DNA of 63,440 nt, filler included, from Octopus bimaculoides (GCF_001194135.2; 7 parts of 7 records of this genome joined end to end with filler, not necessarily neighbours in it), one strand, 5' to 3'; positions 39,130-51,227 are shown, counted from the first letter of the whole stretch. The notes: generated by a model from the sequence alone, not told the origin. Made by a program: numbers and translations.

Positions 39130-39456
39130 CAGTGCTTCTCAAACTATCTGATGTGGCATACCAGCAGTTTTTTTTTTTTTCCAATGTGCCAGGGACCTGT
39201 AATACTTCTTAGTAATATTAATTTATACCGGAAACAATATATGTAATGAATATTATAAAAGTTAACAATTTTTTTTATCGTATATTTATTTTGTAAACAA
39301 ATAATACAATATTACATAAGCATTTTATAAGCATTTCATAATGTTTCTTTCTTTTCTGGAAACTCGCCGCGTACTGGCAGCTGATGGCTCGCAGACTGGC
39401 AGCTGATGGCTCGCAGACTGGCACCAGTCCGCAGACCACCACTTTGAGAAGCATTG
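39130..39456. mobile_element. hAT MITE
   Basis: TIR CAGTGCTTCTCAAA / TTTGAGAAGCATTG, perfect 8-bp TSD TTTTAAAT, and an internal tandem duplication of about 21 bp. Confidence 0.9.
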
Positions 39457-39659
39457 TTTTAAATGATCTTAAAATTAAGCAACAATTTTCATAAATAACT
39501 GACTTTATCATTATTAAGCTGCTATTTAGAAGATAAGGTTGAAATGAAATTTCTAGTCTGAGAATAGATGCTTCTTTTGTTCTATAACATTTGAAGCAGC
39601 CTCATGTAGGTTGGTATCAAATGGGTTAAACCTCTTGAAAAATTATGTTTTATCTAAAC

Positions 39660-40332
39660 CAATAGTTCTCATCTGGGGTTTATATGACTCAAGAGGGTCC
39701 ATATAAGATTTTGAGGTCCACACAAGCAAAATAGTAAGTTGGAGTTCTTTGATAGTATTTTGAGGGTTTGTGTAAAAATTCTGGTTTAGATGTATTTAAG
39801 GCAAGAAACAACTAAGTTTCTTTCTCTACCATTTAACATAGTTCAGTCTACACAATTCAATGTGTAAGAAACAAAATAGGAATTTTGAAGAAAATGTCAA
39901 TAAACATCAGATGGCTCTGGGGTCTACCAGAATAAAGCAGTAATCAAAGTATTGTTCCATAGTGAAGGCACATTGCTCAGTGGTTAGCGCGTCGAGCTTA
40001 CGACTGTGAGGTTGTGAGTTTGAATCCTGGACTGGGCTGTGTTTTGTGTTCTTGAAAAAGACACTTTATTTCACATTGCTCCTCTTCACTCAGCTGTAGA
40101 AATGAGTTGCAACGTCACAGGTGCCAAGCTGTATCGGCCCCTTTGCCTTTCCTTGGATAACATCAGTGGTGTGGAGAGGGGAGTCTGGTATGCATGGGCG
40201 ACTGCTGCTCTTCCATAAACAACCTTGCCTGGACTTGTGCCTTAGAAGGTAACTTTCTAGGTGCAGTCCCATGGCCATTCATGACCAAAAAGGGTCTCCG
40301 TTCCAAACATAAAAAAGGGTTGAGAACCACTG
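39660..40332. mobile_element. hAT MITE with a nested tRNA SINE
   Basis: Termini CAATAGTTCTCA / TGAGAACCACTG; TSD ATCTAAAC / ATCTAAAT. Confidence 0.75.
39963..40298 (+). mobile_element. tRNA-derived SINE, a fourth family
   Basis: A-box TTGCTCAGTGG, B-box GAGTTTGAATCC, central GACACTTTATTTCACATTGCTCC..CACTCAGCTGT, distinct 3' tail. Confidence 0.75.
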
Positions 40333-40861
40333 ATCTAAATTCATACTGTTAAACTAAAACATTGACAATCTCTGTCTTTTAATACATATTTTGACCCCCT
40401 CCCTCTCTCATTCTTTTGCACTCTCTCTCTCTTTCTCTCTCTCTCTGTATTATTTCTACATTTATACTAATGGCTGCTTTTCAGACTTCCTAGTTATTCC
40501 CAACTCTCTTGACAACATTTTATTACTCTGTAAATAAGCCCATCCATCATATATGCGCTCTTCTTCACCACTTGCCTGTTTGCTGATGTTCAGACATGTG
40601 ACATAGTGTTCATATCAACATTAAGGTTGTTGATCATACTCCAGTTCAATCTCTTATTAGAAATCAATCAGCCACAATGACAGACCCAAGATCAGTTATA
40701 GGTGTGTTGACCTCTCTCCCAGTTTTGAGATTTATAGGTCACAACGGGCAGAAAGCATTTACCCATTGCTAAAGACGATTGTGGGTTGTGGTTTCAACAC
40801 CTTTTGTAGTTTCCTAAGAGGTTGCTTTATGTTTTCCTTTTTATTTTAAAGATTAGGTGTT

Positions 40862-40905
<44 letters not shown>

Positions 40906-41104
40906 CNNNNNNNNNNNNNNNNNNNNNNNNNNNNNNNNNNNNNNNNNNNNNNNNNNNNNNNNNNNNNNNNNNNNNNNNNNNNNNNNNNNNNNNNNNNNNN
41001 NNNNNNNNNNNNNNNNNNNNNNNNNNNNNNNNNNNNNNNNNNNNNNNNNNNNNNNNNNNNNNNNNNNNNNNNNNNNNNNNNNNNNNNNNNNNNNNNNNNN
41101 NNNN

Positions 41105-41368
41105 GCTCCCGTGCAGGTGGCATGTAAAAAACACCTTTTTGAGCGTGTCCATTGCCAGTACCTCCTGACTGGCCCTCGTGCTGGTAGCACGTAAAAGCAC
41201 CCACTACACACTCGGAGTGGTTGGCGTTAGGAAGGGCATCCAGCTGTAGAAACTCTGTCAGATCAGATTGGAAACTAGTGCAGTCTTTTGGCTTGCCAGT
41301 CCTCAGTCAAATCGTCCAACCCATGCCAGCATGGAAAGTGGACATTAAACGATGATGATGATGATGAT
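41105..41368 (+). mobile_element. Family-C SINE-like repeat
   Basis: Same core, with a (GAT)n tail. Confidence 0.8.
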
Positions 41369-41428
41369 ATGGTTACAAATGATACATTTCTAAATCTTTC
41401 AGAAAGACTTAAGCAGTAGTGATACGAT

Positions 41429-41583
41429 AAAGTAGTTGTATACTGTCAACTTAACATGACAGTCCCAAGAAGGGAATCATCTACTGCTATTTAGCCCTAG
41501 GAAGCTGCACCATTTCCTAGGGTGCAGTAGTATGGTTCCTTTCTTGGGACTGTCACATTAAGTTGACAGCATACAACTACTTT
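41429..41583. repeat. ~155-bp fold-back palindrome
   Basis: AAAGTAGTTGTATACTGTCAACTTAA..GACAGTCCCAAGAA..CCCTAGGAA pairs with TTCCTAGGG..TTCTTGGGACTGTC..TTAAGTTGACAGCATACAACTACTTT. Confidence 0.9.
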
Positions 41584-41606
41584 AAATATATATGTATGTA
41601 TGTATA

Positions 41607-41830
41607 CACAAGATGGTGATGGAAAGTTCCTGACTTTGGGCAAAAGAAAATACAGGAGGATCAGTTAATTATGATTTTATGCAGCATATTCCCCTCTCAG
41701 ATTCACACACTTATTGCAGTGGTCCTTCAGTTTCTCTATGCCCTGTAAAAGTACTCATAAGGCTGAGCCTCCAACTAGGCCTTTCATGATAGCTTTAAAG
41801 CCAGAAACTTTTCAGCACCCCTACCTTGTG
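41607..41830. mobile_element. Mariner-type MITE
   Basis: TA|CACAAG..GAAAGTTCCTGACTTT and AAAGCCAGAAACTTTTC..CTTGTG|TA inverted termini. Confidence 0.8.
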
Positions 41831-42212
41831 TATATGTATGTGTATGTATATATGTATGTATGTATGTATTATTACGTACAAAGTATTATAAATTTAGTCA
41901 TGTAACAGCCAATTCATGTTACTGTACAGTTTCATGCTAATGAACCTTCCAAATGTGGAAAGGTAAATTTGCAATCATATTACATGAACATAAATATATA
42001 CATACATATATATAATTTATATAAGTGTGTGTGTGTGCATATACATGTGCATGTGTATGTGTGTGTGCATGTGTATGTGTGTGTGCACATGTGTTTCGAA
42101 ATAAATATTCATTGTAACCTTGTGTGACTATAAATGTTATGGAAGCTTGGAAAGGCATGGACAGAATATTTTGTTTCGCCCAAATTTCATTATCAATTAT
42201 TTGTTTCAACAG

Positions 42213-42290
42213 ATCAATCATTTACTATTATGATTATCACAGTATTGCATGTATCTGCTGTATCACCAGACTCAGCTACATGTGTCTCAG
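42213..42290 (+). CDS. Candidate 78-nt exon
   Basis: TTATTTGTTTCAACAG| acceptor and CAG|GTATAT donor. Open as (D)QSFTIMIITVLHVSAVSPDSATCVS(x), phase 1-1; a second frame is also open. Confidence 0.45.
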
Positions 42291-42578
42291 GTATATATAA
42301 ACGATCACTCATACTTTACTATTTATCCATTTATTCTTACAACGGTTCCAGTCACTGGGCTGTGGCCATGCTGAGGGCAATATATATATTTAAAAGTTTT
42401 ATTTCATTATAACACACACAACCATGCTGTATTTATTACGGTCTTCTGCTTATTTTTATTAAGCTATATTTTATCAAGTGGTTAAGTTACCTTTTTAGAC
42501 ACAACACTGGTTTTTCACTGGCAGTGATTGTGTCAATTGCAAAGGTATTAACACAGATTGATTTTTGTTTTGTTGTAG

Positions 42579-42625
42579 TTTTTGAAAAGGGTCTCCTGCA
42601 GTTCAAACATTATCTGGATAAATGA
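42579..42625 (+). CDS. Candidate terminal coding exon
   Basis: TTTTTGTTTTGTTGTAG| acceptor, phase-compatible with 42213-42290, giving (V)FEKGLLQFKHYLDK*. Confidence 0.3.
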
Positions 42626-43403
42626 AAACAACAGTGATATAACTTTGCTACATCATCAACATCATGATTTTCAAATCTCTTTCTAAATGAACTGATACAA
42701 GGCTTTGAAATAATCTTGTGTAACCTGTATATACATAGCTACATACATACATATGTACATACATACATGCATACATACATACATGCATACATACATACAT
42801 GCATACATACATACATGCATACACATACATGCATACACATACATATATACACACACATACATACAGGCGTGCATACATATACAGACATACATACATACAA
42901 ACAAAAATACCCTGTAGTTGATGTAGAAATTCCAATGAAGGAACCTTGGATCTGGGTTAGAAACGGTTCTTTTTCTATTAGCAAGAAATATTGAAACATA
43001 CATATGTACATGCATACAAACAAACAAAAACACCCTGTTGTTGATGTTGAAATATTTATATATATATATATTTTTTGACCATTCTATTTTATACAGGTAA
43101 AGTGTTACATAATTTAATTTAAACTTATTCATTTGACTGCAGCCATGATGGAGCACTGCCTTTAAAAGGTGGTGCTCCAGCATGGCTGCAGTCCAGTGCA
43201 TGAAACAAGTAAAAAAAATAATAAATATGTATAAATACGTAGGCGCAAGAGTGGTTGTGTGGTAAGAAGCTTGCTTTCCAACCACATGGTTTCGGGTTCA
43301 GTCCCACTGTGTGGCAACTTGGGCAAGTGCCCTCTACAATAGTCCTGGGCCAACCATACCTTGTGAGTGGATTTGGCAGATAGAAACTGATAGAAGCCTA
43401 TCG

Positions 43404-43446
<43 letters not shown>

Positions 43447-44354
43447 ATAAGAGTGAAAAAACTACAGAAGGCTTGTGTTACATGGTTAAAGTATATATTT
43501 AAATTATGTCAGAAAAATGTAAGAAAAATGTTAGAAAAATGTTATAAAATCTTTTTNNNNNNNNNNNNNNNNNNNNNNNNNNNNNNNNNNNNNNNNNNNN
43601 NNNNNNNNNNNNNNNNNNNNNNNNNNNNNNNNNNNNNNNNNNNNNNNNNNNNNNNNNNNNNNNNNNNNNNNNNNNNNNNNNNNNNNNNNNNNNNNNNNNN
43701 NNNNNNNNNNNNNNNNNNNNNNNNNNNNNNNNNNNNNNNNNNNNNNNNNNNNNNNNNNNNNNNNNNNNNNNNNNNNNNNNNNNNNNNNNNNNNNNNNNNN
43801 NNNNNNNNNNNNNNNNNNNNNNNNNNNNNNNNNNNNNNNNNNNNNNNNNNNNNNNNNNNNNNNNNNNNNNNNNNNNNNNNNNNNNNNNNNNNNNNNNNNN
43901 NNNNNNNNNNNNNNNNNNNNNNNNNNNNNNNNNNNNNNNNNNNNNNNNNNNNNNNNNNNNNNNNNNNNNNNNNNNNNNNNNNNNNNNNNNNNNNNNNNNN
44001 NNNNNNNNNNNNNNNNNNNNNNNNNNNNNNNNNNNNNNNNNNNNNNNNNNNNNNNNNNNNNNNNNNNNNNNNNNNNNNNNNNNNNNNNNNNNNNNNNNNN
44101 NNNNNNNNNNNNNNNNNNNNNNNNNNNNNNNNNNNNNNNNNNNNNNNNNNNNNNNNNNNNNNNNNNNNNNNNNNNNNNNNNNNNNNNNNNNNNNNNNNNN
44201 NNNNNNNNNNNNNNNNNNNNNNNNNNNNNNNNNNNNNNNNNNNNNNNNNNNNNNNNNNNNNNNNNNNNNNNNNNNNNNNNNNNNNNNNNNNNNNNNNNNN
44301 NNNNNNNNNNNNNNNNNNNNNNNNNNNNNNNTGTTGCTACACAATTTTACTTCA

Positions 44355-44700
44355 TGAATTTTACTTCAGGAATTGACATTTGGTGCATGAGAGAGTTTGA
44401 TGCAGCTACTCTCATCTGCGCCTCCTGTCGTGAAGTTGGTTCATCTGGGACACCTGACAGGAAGAGGTCCAGCCTTGTCTTGAAGACACCTACATCCACC
44501 GCATGCAGGTCTCTCAGGTCCTTCGGGAGGATATTGAAGAGCTGTGGACCTTTGAAGCCCAGGCTATTGCAGTATCTTGTCCTACATCTTGATGGCACAT
44601 TTGGAGTCCTTGGCACTATGCAATGGCGTCCAGTTCTTTTATTTGTGTAACTTTTGATGCCAAAGTTTGGGACAATTCCTTTGAGGATCTTCCAGATGTA
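44355..44700 (-). mobile_element. CR1-like LINE ORF2 C-terminal remnant
   Basis: WKILKGIVPNFGI...TGRHCIVP...RYCNSLGFKGPQLFNILPKDLRDLHAVDVGVFKTRLDLFLSGVPDEP. Confidence 0.9.
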
Positions 44701-44765
44701 TATGTATATACATACACAAGTATTGTAACTACACACATGCAGTTCATGGCCTTTTACCTTTCTCC

Positions 44766-44802
44766 TCTTTCTGATGAAGAGCTATGTTCAAAACATTAAA
44801 AA
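44766..44802 (+). ncRNA. Decayed minimal hammerhead motif
   Basis: TCTTT-CTGATGA-A-GAGC tat GTTC-AAAAC-ATT-AAAAA. Three transitions convert it to GAGC/GCTC-GAAAC-GTT. Confidence 0.55.
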
Positions 44803-45251
44803 CCCATTCTTTTTTCCACCTTTACTGAGCATCAAGCTAATATATTCCATATGTACATCCTTGTTGTTTTCTTATTTCTAAATTTGAAGATAAAATTTTC
44901 TAATAGTGAGATATTCTCTTTATATTCTTTCTCCTGTTTCAACCTGACATATATATATATACATATATATATATATGTGTGTGTGTGTGTATATATTTGT
45001 GTGTGCGTGTCTGTCCCCCACTATTGCTTGACAACCAATATTGGTGTGTTTGCGTCCCTGTAACTTAGCACTTTGGCAAAAGAGACCAATAGAATAAGTA
45101 CTATGCTTACAAAGAATAAGTCCTGGGGGTTAATCTGTTCGACTAAAGGTGACCGCAGTCAAAATGACTGAAACAAGTAAAAAAAATAAAAGAAAAGTAA
45201 AAGAATATATATATATGTATATATATACATGCACACATACACACACAAATG

Positions 45252-45299
<48 letters not shown>

Positions 45300-45310
45300 T
45301 TTGTATGTAT

Positions 45311-45364
<54 letters not shown>

Positions 45365-45648
45365 TATATATACATATGCATGCACACACACAAATATATA
45401 TATATATATATATATAGACATGTGTGTTAATATATATGTGTGTGTAAACAGAAATTTATATTCCTATTAAAAATATTATATTCCTTCCATATCTGTTGTT
45501 AGTGCTTCATTTGTGGAAATGAATCTGAATGCTTTTCTGCTTCAGGATATTGACCTCTTCAAGTCTATTTGTTAATATGGACAAATACTGAGTGAACATT
45601 CTGACTGTGAATCATGTTATTTATATTTTATTGCTTTATTTTCTTTAG

Positions 45649-45663
45649 TAGAATGACACCCAT
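45649..45663 (+). other. Candidate 15-nt or 12-nt microexon
   Basis: Long pyrimidine tract containing TGC, tandem acceptor TAGTAG and donor CAT|GTGAGT. Both lengths preserve frame. Confidence 0.35.
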
Positions 45664-46459
45664 GTGAGTACTAGTGAAGTACTCACAGCTACTCTCTATT
45701 TCTGACTGTGTTAGTTCCTTGCTGAAAACAAAAAATAGGGAACCTGAATTTTACAGGAAAATAATATTTGCTCTCATTAAACCCAGGGTTTGTACTCATT
45801 GAGCAAATCTACTACCAAATGCATTCTGGTTATAACAAATCTATCTTCTTCTTCTTGTGCTGTAGTGGTGGTCATGGTGGTGTCGGTGCCTATCCAAGAC
45901 CTCAATTCATGTCATGCAATGTGTCTTTTCCCTCGTAAGATAGTAAGTTACAATATGGGGGAAATTTGGCTGTTATTTCTAGCAGGTGAGACAACTCTGA
46001 TGAGGCTGCTTTACTGGAACATGAAAAGAAGTGTTTCTTTAAGATTCACTGATAAACCAATGCTTTCCTTGTTTAGTCCCATGTTGGCCCCAGTGAAGAA
46101 GACCCTTGATTATAGGCATCCCAGTCACAACCAGCCAGTTGTTTTTCAGACAGAGAATAACCAAGACTATGGTAATCTTTCTTTTGCTTTGAAGGCGATT
46201 TAGCTGCTGCTTCTAGTAAACTGCATGATCACATAGAGGCTCCTTCAAAATACTGTTTGTTTGTGAATGTTATTCAATATAGTTTCAACTGATTTTTCCT
46301 CATGGAGTTGTTAACTGCAAAAGTTTTCTGCATCCAAAGTACAGACGTTGCTTCCTTGATCCCTTTATTGTAAGATCACTGAAAGTAGCTTTAGTGAATA
46401 ACACAACTATCATCATCATCATCATCAACAGTAGCAGCAGCACCACCAGAGACCGACCA

Positions 46460-46914
46460 ATAAAATCTTCTTCTGCTGGATTTTTCAGTTTGTTTAAGAG
46501 CCTTTTAGATCTGATGTAGTGGTTGTCTTTTGCTTTTTCTGACAAACTGACCTTTCCTCATCATATAAGACATATCTGATGTCTTCGTGGACAACATTTC
46601 TGACTGTTCTTTGTGACACATGGAGATCTTTTGCAACTGACCTTATGGACTTTCTGGGATTGTAATCAATGGTCTGTTATAAATTACTGGATAAATTCAG
46701 ATGTTCTGATGATTTCAAAGCGTTTAGAATGCCTTTTATGCTTTGGTACTGATAATACGTTTCCATCTTCAGTCTCTAGCTTCTTACAAACTTTGTAGAC
46801 GAAAGATCTGGCAACTTTTAAAAATCAAGATAATTCTAAATCGCTATGCTCAGCCTTCATAACCACAATAACAGCATGCATCTTCATTTCTTGAGTAAGC
46901 TGAGGGTCTGCCAT
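46460..46914 (-). mobile_element. Tc1/mariner-superfamily transposase N-terminal remnant (pseudogenised)
   Basis: MADPQLTQEMKMHAVIVVMKAEHSDLELS*FLKVARSFVYKVCKKLETEDG...NPRKSIRSVAKDLHVSQRTVRNVVHEDIRY...KRLLNKLKNPAEED. Confidence 0.85.
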
Positions 46915-48133
46915 TATTATTTTCTGAACTCTTGTTGTCATAACCAATGGAGTGCCAGTTTTTTGGGGTGATGAAACCTTCTCTCTTCTTTCTTCTTCTG
47001 CATCAGTGCCCCATTGTCTTACTGTTGCAAAGCTGTAGCAATGGTAAGGGTGAAACCATTTCCCATCATTTGCATATTTCCATGGCATATCTCTTAACAT
47101 GACACAAAGCCACACATACTGGTGTCAATTAAATTAACACCAGTATTTGACTGGTACCTTATCTTATCAAAGAACGAAAGGAAAAGTTGACCTCAGCTGG
47201 ATTTGAACTCAGAATGTTAAGAGCCACAAGGAAATATCTGCAAGGCCTTTTGTCTCATGCTTTAATGATTTTGCCAGTCTATTATCCTTGGAAGTTATAT
47301 TAATTACAAAACACAATACAAATCGACTAAGACCACATCCTGATTTCAGAAAGTGACTCTGAAAATCAACAATAAAAGAAAAATGTCAAATTTGGTAATA
47401 ATTAACACAATGTGATTCTCATGATTTATTTTATTTGTTTTATATTGCAATTTGGGAATAGTAATATCATTGGTTACAGGTTTCTGATAGGCTAATCATT
47501 GTTTCACAGCATTTCTGAGTTTTTGTAATTTTACCCAAAACAAATAAAACAAAACACTTCATTGGAAGAGCATTTGTTTTATTTTCATTTTTAATTTTAA
47601 TTTTTTTTTTTTTTGCACAATTCTCACATTACCATTTACATCCGCCTCTGATGTATAATAGTGAAAGATACACACAGAATCACTTACTCACAAAAATTGG
47701 TTGAATACAGCATTGTAATTTAAAAAACAAAAAAACACTGTTCAATTATTTTACTGTGGTGCTTGCACTGCTTATAACAGATGGTTCTTCCTCTTTACTA
47801 TTCATATTTTCAACTGGTTGAACTACGTCATTGCATCTTGATTGCCGGTTCTTAACTTTATATCTAGCTCAGTGTCTTCTTTTACAAATGATATTTTATA
47901 TCTCCTACTCCTACGGCAGCAGATTATTTTTATTAAACAACTAGTTTTGCACAGTGGTTTATAACCCATAACTTTAGCAGCAGATGTGGCTGTTTGGTTA
48001 AGAAGCTTGTTTCCCAGCCATGTGGTCTTGGGTTCAATACCATTGCATGACACTTTAAGCAAGTGTCTTCTACTATAACCTGGAATTGATTAAAGCCTTG
48101 TGAGTGGATTTGGTAGACAGAAACTGAAAAGAA

Positions 48134-48364
48134 GGCAGCGAGTTGGCAGAAATGTTAGCCCGCCGGGCGAAATGCTTAGCAGTATTTCGTCTGCCACTAC
48201 GTTCTGAGTTCAAATTCCGCCAAGGTCGACTTTGCCTTTCATCCTTTCGGGGTTGATAAATTAAGTACCAGTTACGCACTGGGGTCAATCTAATCGACTT
48301 AGTCCCTATGTCTGTCCTTGTTTGTCCCCTCTATGTTTAGCCCCTTGTGGGCAATAAAGAAATA
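48134..48364 (+). mobile_element. Family-A SINE inserted into a family-B SINE, with a 15-bp TSD
   Basis: AGAAACTGAAAAGAA at 48119-48133 and 48365-48379. Confidence 0.9.
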
Positions 48365-48699
48365 AGAAACTGAAAAGAATCTGTTGTATATATGTGTATG
48401 TATGTGAGTTTGTGTGTAGCCTTGAATTAACATCACATGATGTAAACGAGCAACACAGCCATACAAGCGGTGTTATTCATTTTTCAATCTTCCACAAAAA
48501 TCGTATGTGACCATATGGGGAAATTAAAACATTTCTTGGAAACAGGATGAGCATCCAGATGTAGAAAATCTGCCTCAACAAATTCCATCTGGCTCATCCT
48601 AGCATGGTAAAGTAGACATTATACAATGATGATGATAATAACAATGATGACGATGATGTTGTTCTTATACTATACCATTCAGCATGTAGCCCCTTTAAA

Positions 48700-48990
48700 A
48701 GATATTTGTTTGGTCGAATATGGCCCCTATAGATTGTTGATGAATAAATCATTTCACCACTGCCTCTTCAAGATCTCTTTCTATTGTTGCAATCATAGGC
48801 TTTGTTGCACCAACAGATAATGGCTTAGAATTTACATCAACTCTATATTTAAAAGAGAATGCCCTGAGTTTGTCCTTAGCCTTGCATATGTCCACAACTA
48901 TTTGATTTTTATCATCATACCCTTCACACATTCTCACCACCCAAATACTGGTCTCTAATTTCCTTGCAAGTTCTTGTTTTTATTTCACAG
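48700..48990 (-). mobile_element. pogo/Tigger-like transposase N-terminal (CENP-B-type HTH) remnant
   Basis: KQELARKLETSIWVVRMCEGYDDKNQIVVDICKAKDKLRAFSFKY...DLEEAVVK*FIHQQS resembles the Tigger/JRK pattern KLEL.KKLE.G.SV...CE.Y..K...V.DI.KAKDKL...LEEAV.KW. Confidence 0.7.
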
Positions 48991-49783
48991 ATAGGGTTTA
49001 ATACATTTTTCATTAGATTATCACCCTCCCTTGAAGCCACAATATTTAGTATAAGACTTAAAGGTAGCTAGTCACTAAAATATCAACACACATTGTGTCA
49101 AGTTGCATTTGTGATTAATGTCATTGTGTGTGCTCTGTTATTGAGCAGAACCTGCTAGTCTAGCAGAATTATTACTCAAAAACATATACACATGCTTTAA
49201 CCTACTTTGACCTGATTAATCTTTAATAAATTATGACAAGATTGTATTGTGGGGTGTTCATTATAATCTTATTGTTAATTAGGTAAGAATTTGTGCTCAT
49301 AGGTAAGAATGAACTCATAATAACAGACACCATACATTTATTGCATTAAGCAGTTTCTAGATTACATGTGTACTAAGTATATTATATTATAGAGTAAAAT
49401 ATTTCTGCAAAGATGTATGTAATAATTAAAGCTTTACAATATGGAAAGTAAAAAAATGTGTTCTAGTTAAATCTGTTATGTTATATGTGTCCATTATTAT
49501 TATAAACATAACAGAGAATAAAGCAAATAGATAGAATGGTGGATGCATGTATGTATGTTGACATTAAAAGACAAAGATAATTCACTTTGTTGAACATGTG
49601 TTTTAAGAGTATGTGATGTAAATACTTGTAGAAGTAGATGAAAACACATTTAGCTGAATAAAGTCACTGGGTTCCCTGTAGGATATGAATTAACTTTAGT
49701 GTGGGGGTTAAAAGTGCCAACTTTTTATAACACTGGACAAGACTTTCTAGAACCTTCAAAATAAAATTTGGCAGTAAGCTTAC

Positions 49784-49912
49784 ATAACTTTTCTCTAATG
49801 TCAACCACTGCTTACTGATAATGTCAGCTGATGCTGATTGGTTACTAACATTTAAATGGTCACTCCATTCCATCAAGGAGTTGGTCATGTCTTTTACAAT
49901 GATATAATCAAG
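49784..49912 (-). CDS. Candidate 129-nt exon, phase 0-0
   Basis: CTACAG| ... TAT|GTAAGC; LDYIIVKDMTNSLMEWSDHLNVSNQSASADIISKQWLTLEKSY. The acceptor is weak. Confidence 0.3.
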
Positions 49913-50329
49913 CTGTAGTTCTTAACTGAAGAGCTCTGCTTGTTGGTTCAAAGCTGGCCAATGTTTCATAATAGTATCATGATAATTTTAGAACAGAGTT
50001 ATTATAAAAGAAAATCAATTTCAATAAATAGATTTTCAGTAAATTTATACATATTACTTTTCACCACATAAATGTCTAGTTTATAAGAGTGGAGTATGAT
50101 GAGAAAGAGTAATTAACAAACTCAGTGTGAATAATAAAGAGTAACGATCTTAGTGTAGAAGAACGAAGCAGGATTATGCAAATAAATTCAAACAGCAGGG
50201 TAATTAAGGGATTAGTCAGTTGGGAGTAGCAAGGGCAAACTAAATTGAAATATAAACATAATTTTCTATTTTATTAAATCAGTGATTGTGTGTCACTGTG
50301 AAAGTTATATATTTTAAACAAGAATTTAG

Positions 50330-50566
50330 CAGCCCCACCTCTAGCCGAACAGTTATTCGGTGCTGATGAAGGGAAATAACCCAGCAATCGCAATACACAG
50401 ATATTGTTTTGTCCTGAGTGGGGATGCTAAACGCCCTTTTTCGAAAATATAAGAACACAGATAGTGTGTTGTATAGCCAACTGGAGATGATGTTTCCTGG
50501 GGCTAAATAGCAGTAGCATTCGTCCTAACCAGGACTGCCACCTTATGTTGGCAAATAATCTTTACT
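50330..50566 (+). mobile_element. Decayed hammerhead-type element with the shared 3' module
   Basis: CTGATGA-A-GGG aaataa CCC at 50363, with GAAAC lost; CCTGGGGCTAAATAGCAGTAG...GTTGGCA at 50496-50566. Confidence 0.5.
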
Positions 50567-50601
50567 AAACAGAATGTATGTTGGCGAAATGCTTCTCATC
50601 T

Positions 50602-50713
50602 TCAGTCCTTATTTCTTCTTTCTCCCATCATCTTGCCAGCCTGCTCAATACTTCTGAGACCATTAGTTATAGGCTGTGCAACTACTTTGTCAAAACAACT
50701 GCCACAATATTTC
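50602..50713 (-). CDS. Candidate terminal coding exon
   Basis: Strong acceptor TTTTTCTGCCTCTTGTTAG|; only one frame is open, xKYCGSCFDKVVAQPITNGLRSIEQAGKMMGERRNKD*. Confidence 0.45.
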
Positions 50714-51171
50714 CTAACAAGAGGCAGAAAAATTAATTTTACATTATGATCCATGATTATATTATTGAGTGAACCTAATATTTTGTAATGAAATTCACAA
50801 CTTCAGGGAGTCTGCAGCACTCACTTAATAAGGTCCAGAGTATATATATCCTTGTAATATTTTTATTCCAAGATGGCAGTAGAAGTCAACACTGAGAGTC
50901 ACTCTCTTTGCTTAACAGAATATGGTTTAACGAGGGTTCCCCTCTGTGTATGTGTGTGTACATATATAAATTCATACGTAATATGAGTGTAAGCGCAGAC
51001 ACACACATCACACATATAATTATGACTTACTGTTGACGATTCCCTTGGAAACTAAATGTACACACACACACACACATACAGACATACGCACAAACATATA
51101 TCAGTACAGTATGAATATACATAATTATTTTTTTGCCTTTATAAATGAAATAATAGTTGATGCATGTGTAT

Positions 51172-51227
<56 letters not shown>

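Noticed and set aside
46004-46030. CTGATGA...GGAAC as a hammerhead
   Set aside because: There is no stem I or GTH site, and the sequence matches an unrelated dispersed repeat also seen inverted near 39560-39620.
48749-48940. Host exon MVRMCEGYDDK...
   Set aside because: It is better explained as a Tigger/pogo transposase remnant with an in-frame stop at the conserved W.
50823-50908. Minus-strand exon KRVTLSVDFYCHLGIKILQGYIYSGPY* ending at TAA|GTGAGT
   Set aside because: The only open frame ends in a stop at the donor and is not phase-compatible with the flanking candidates.
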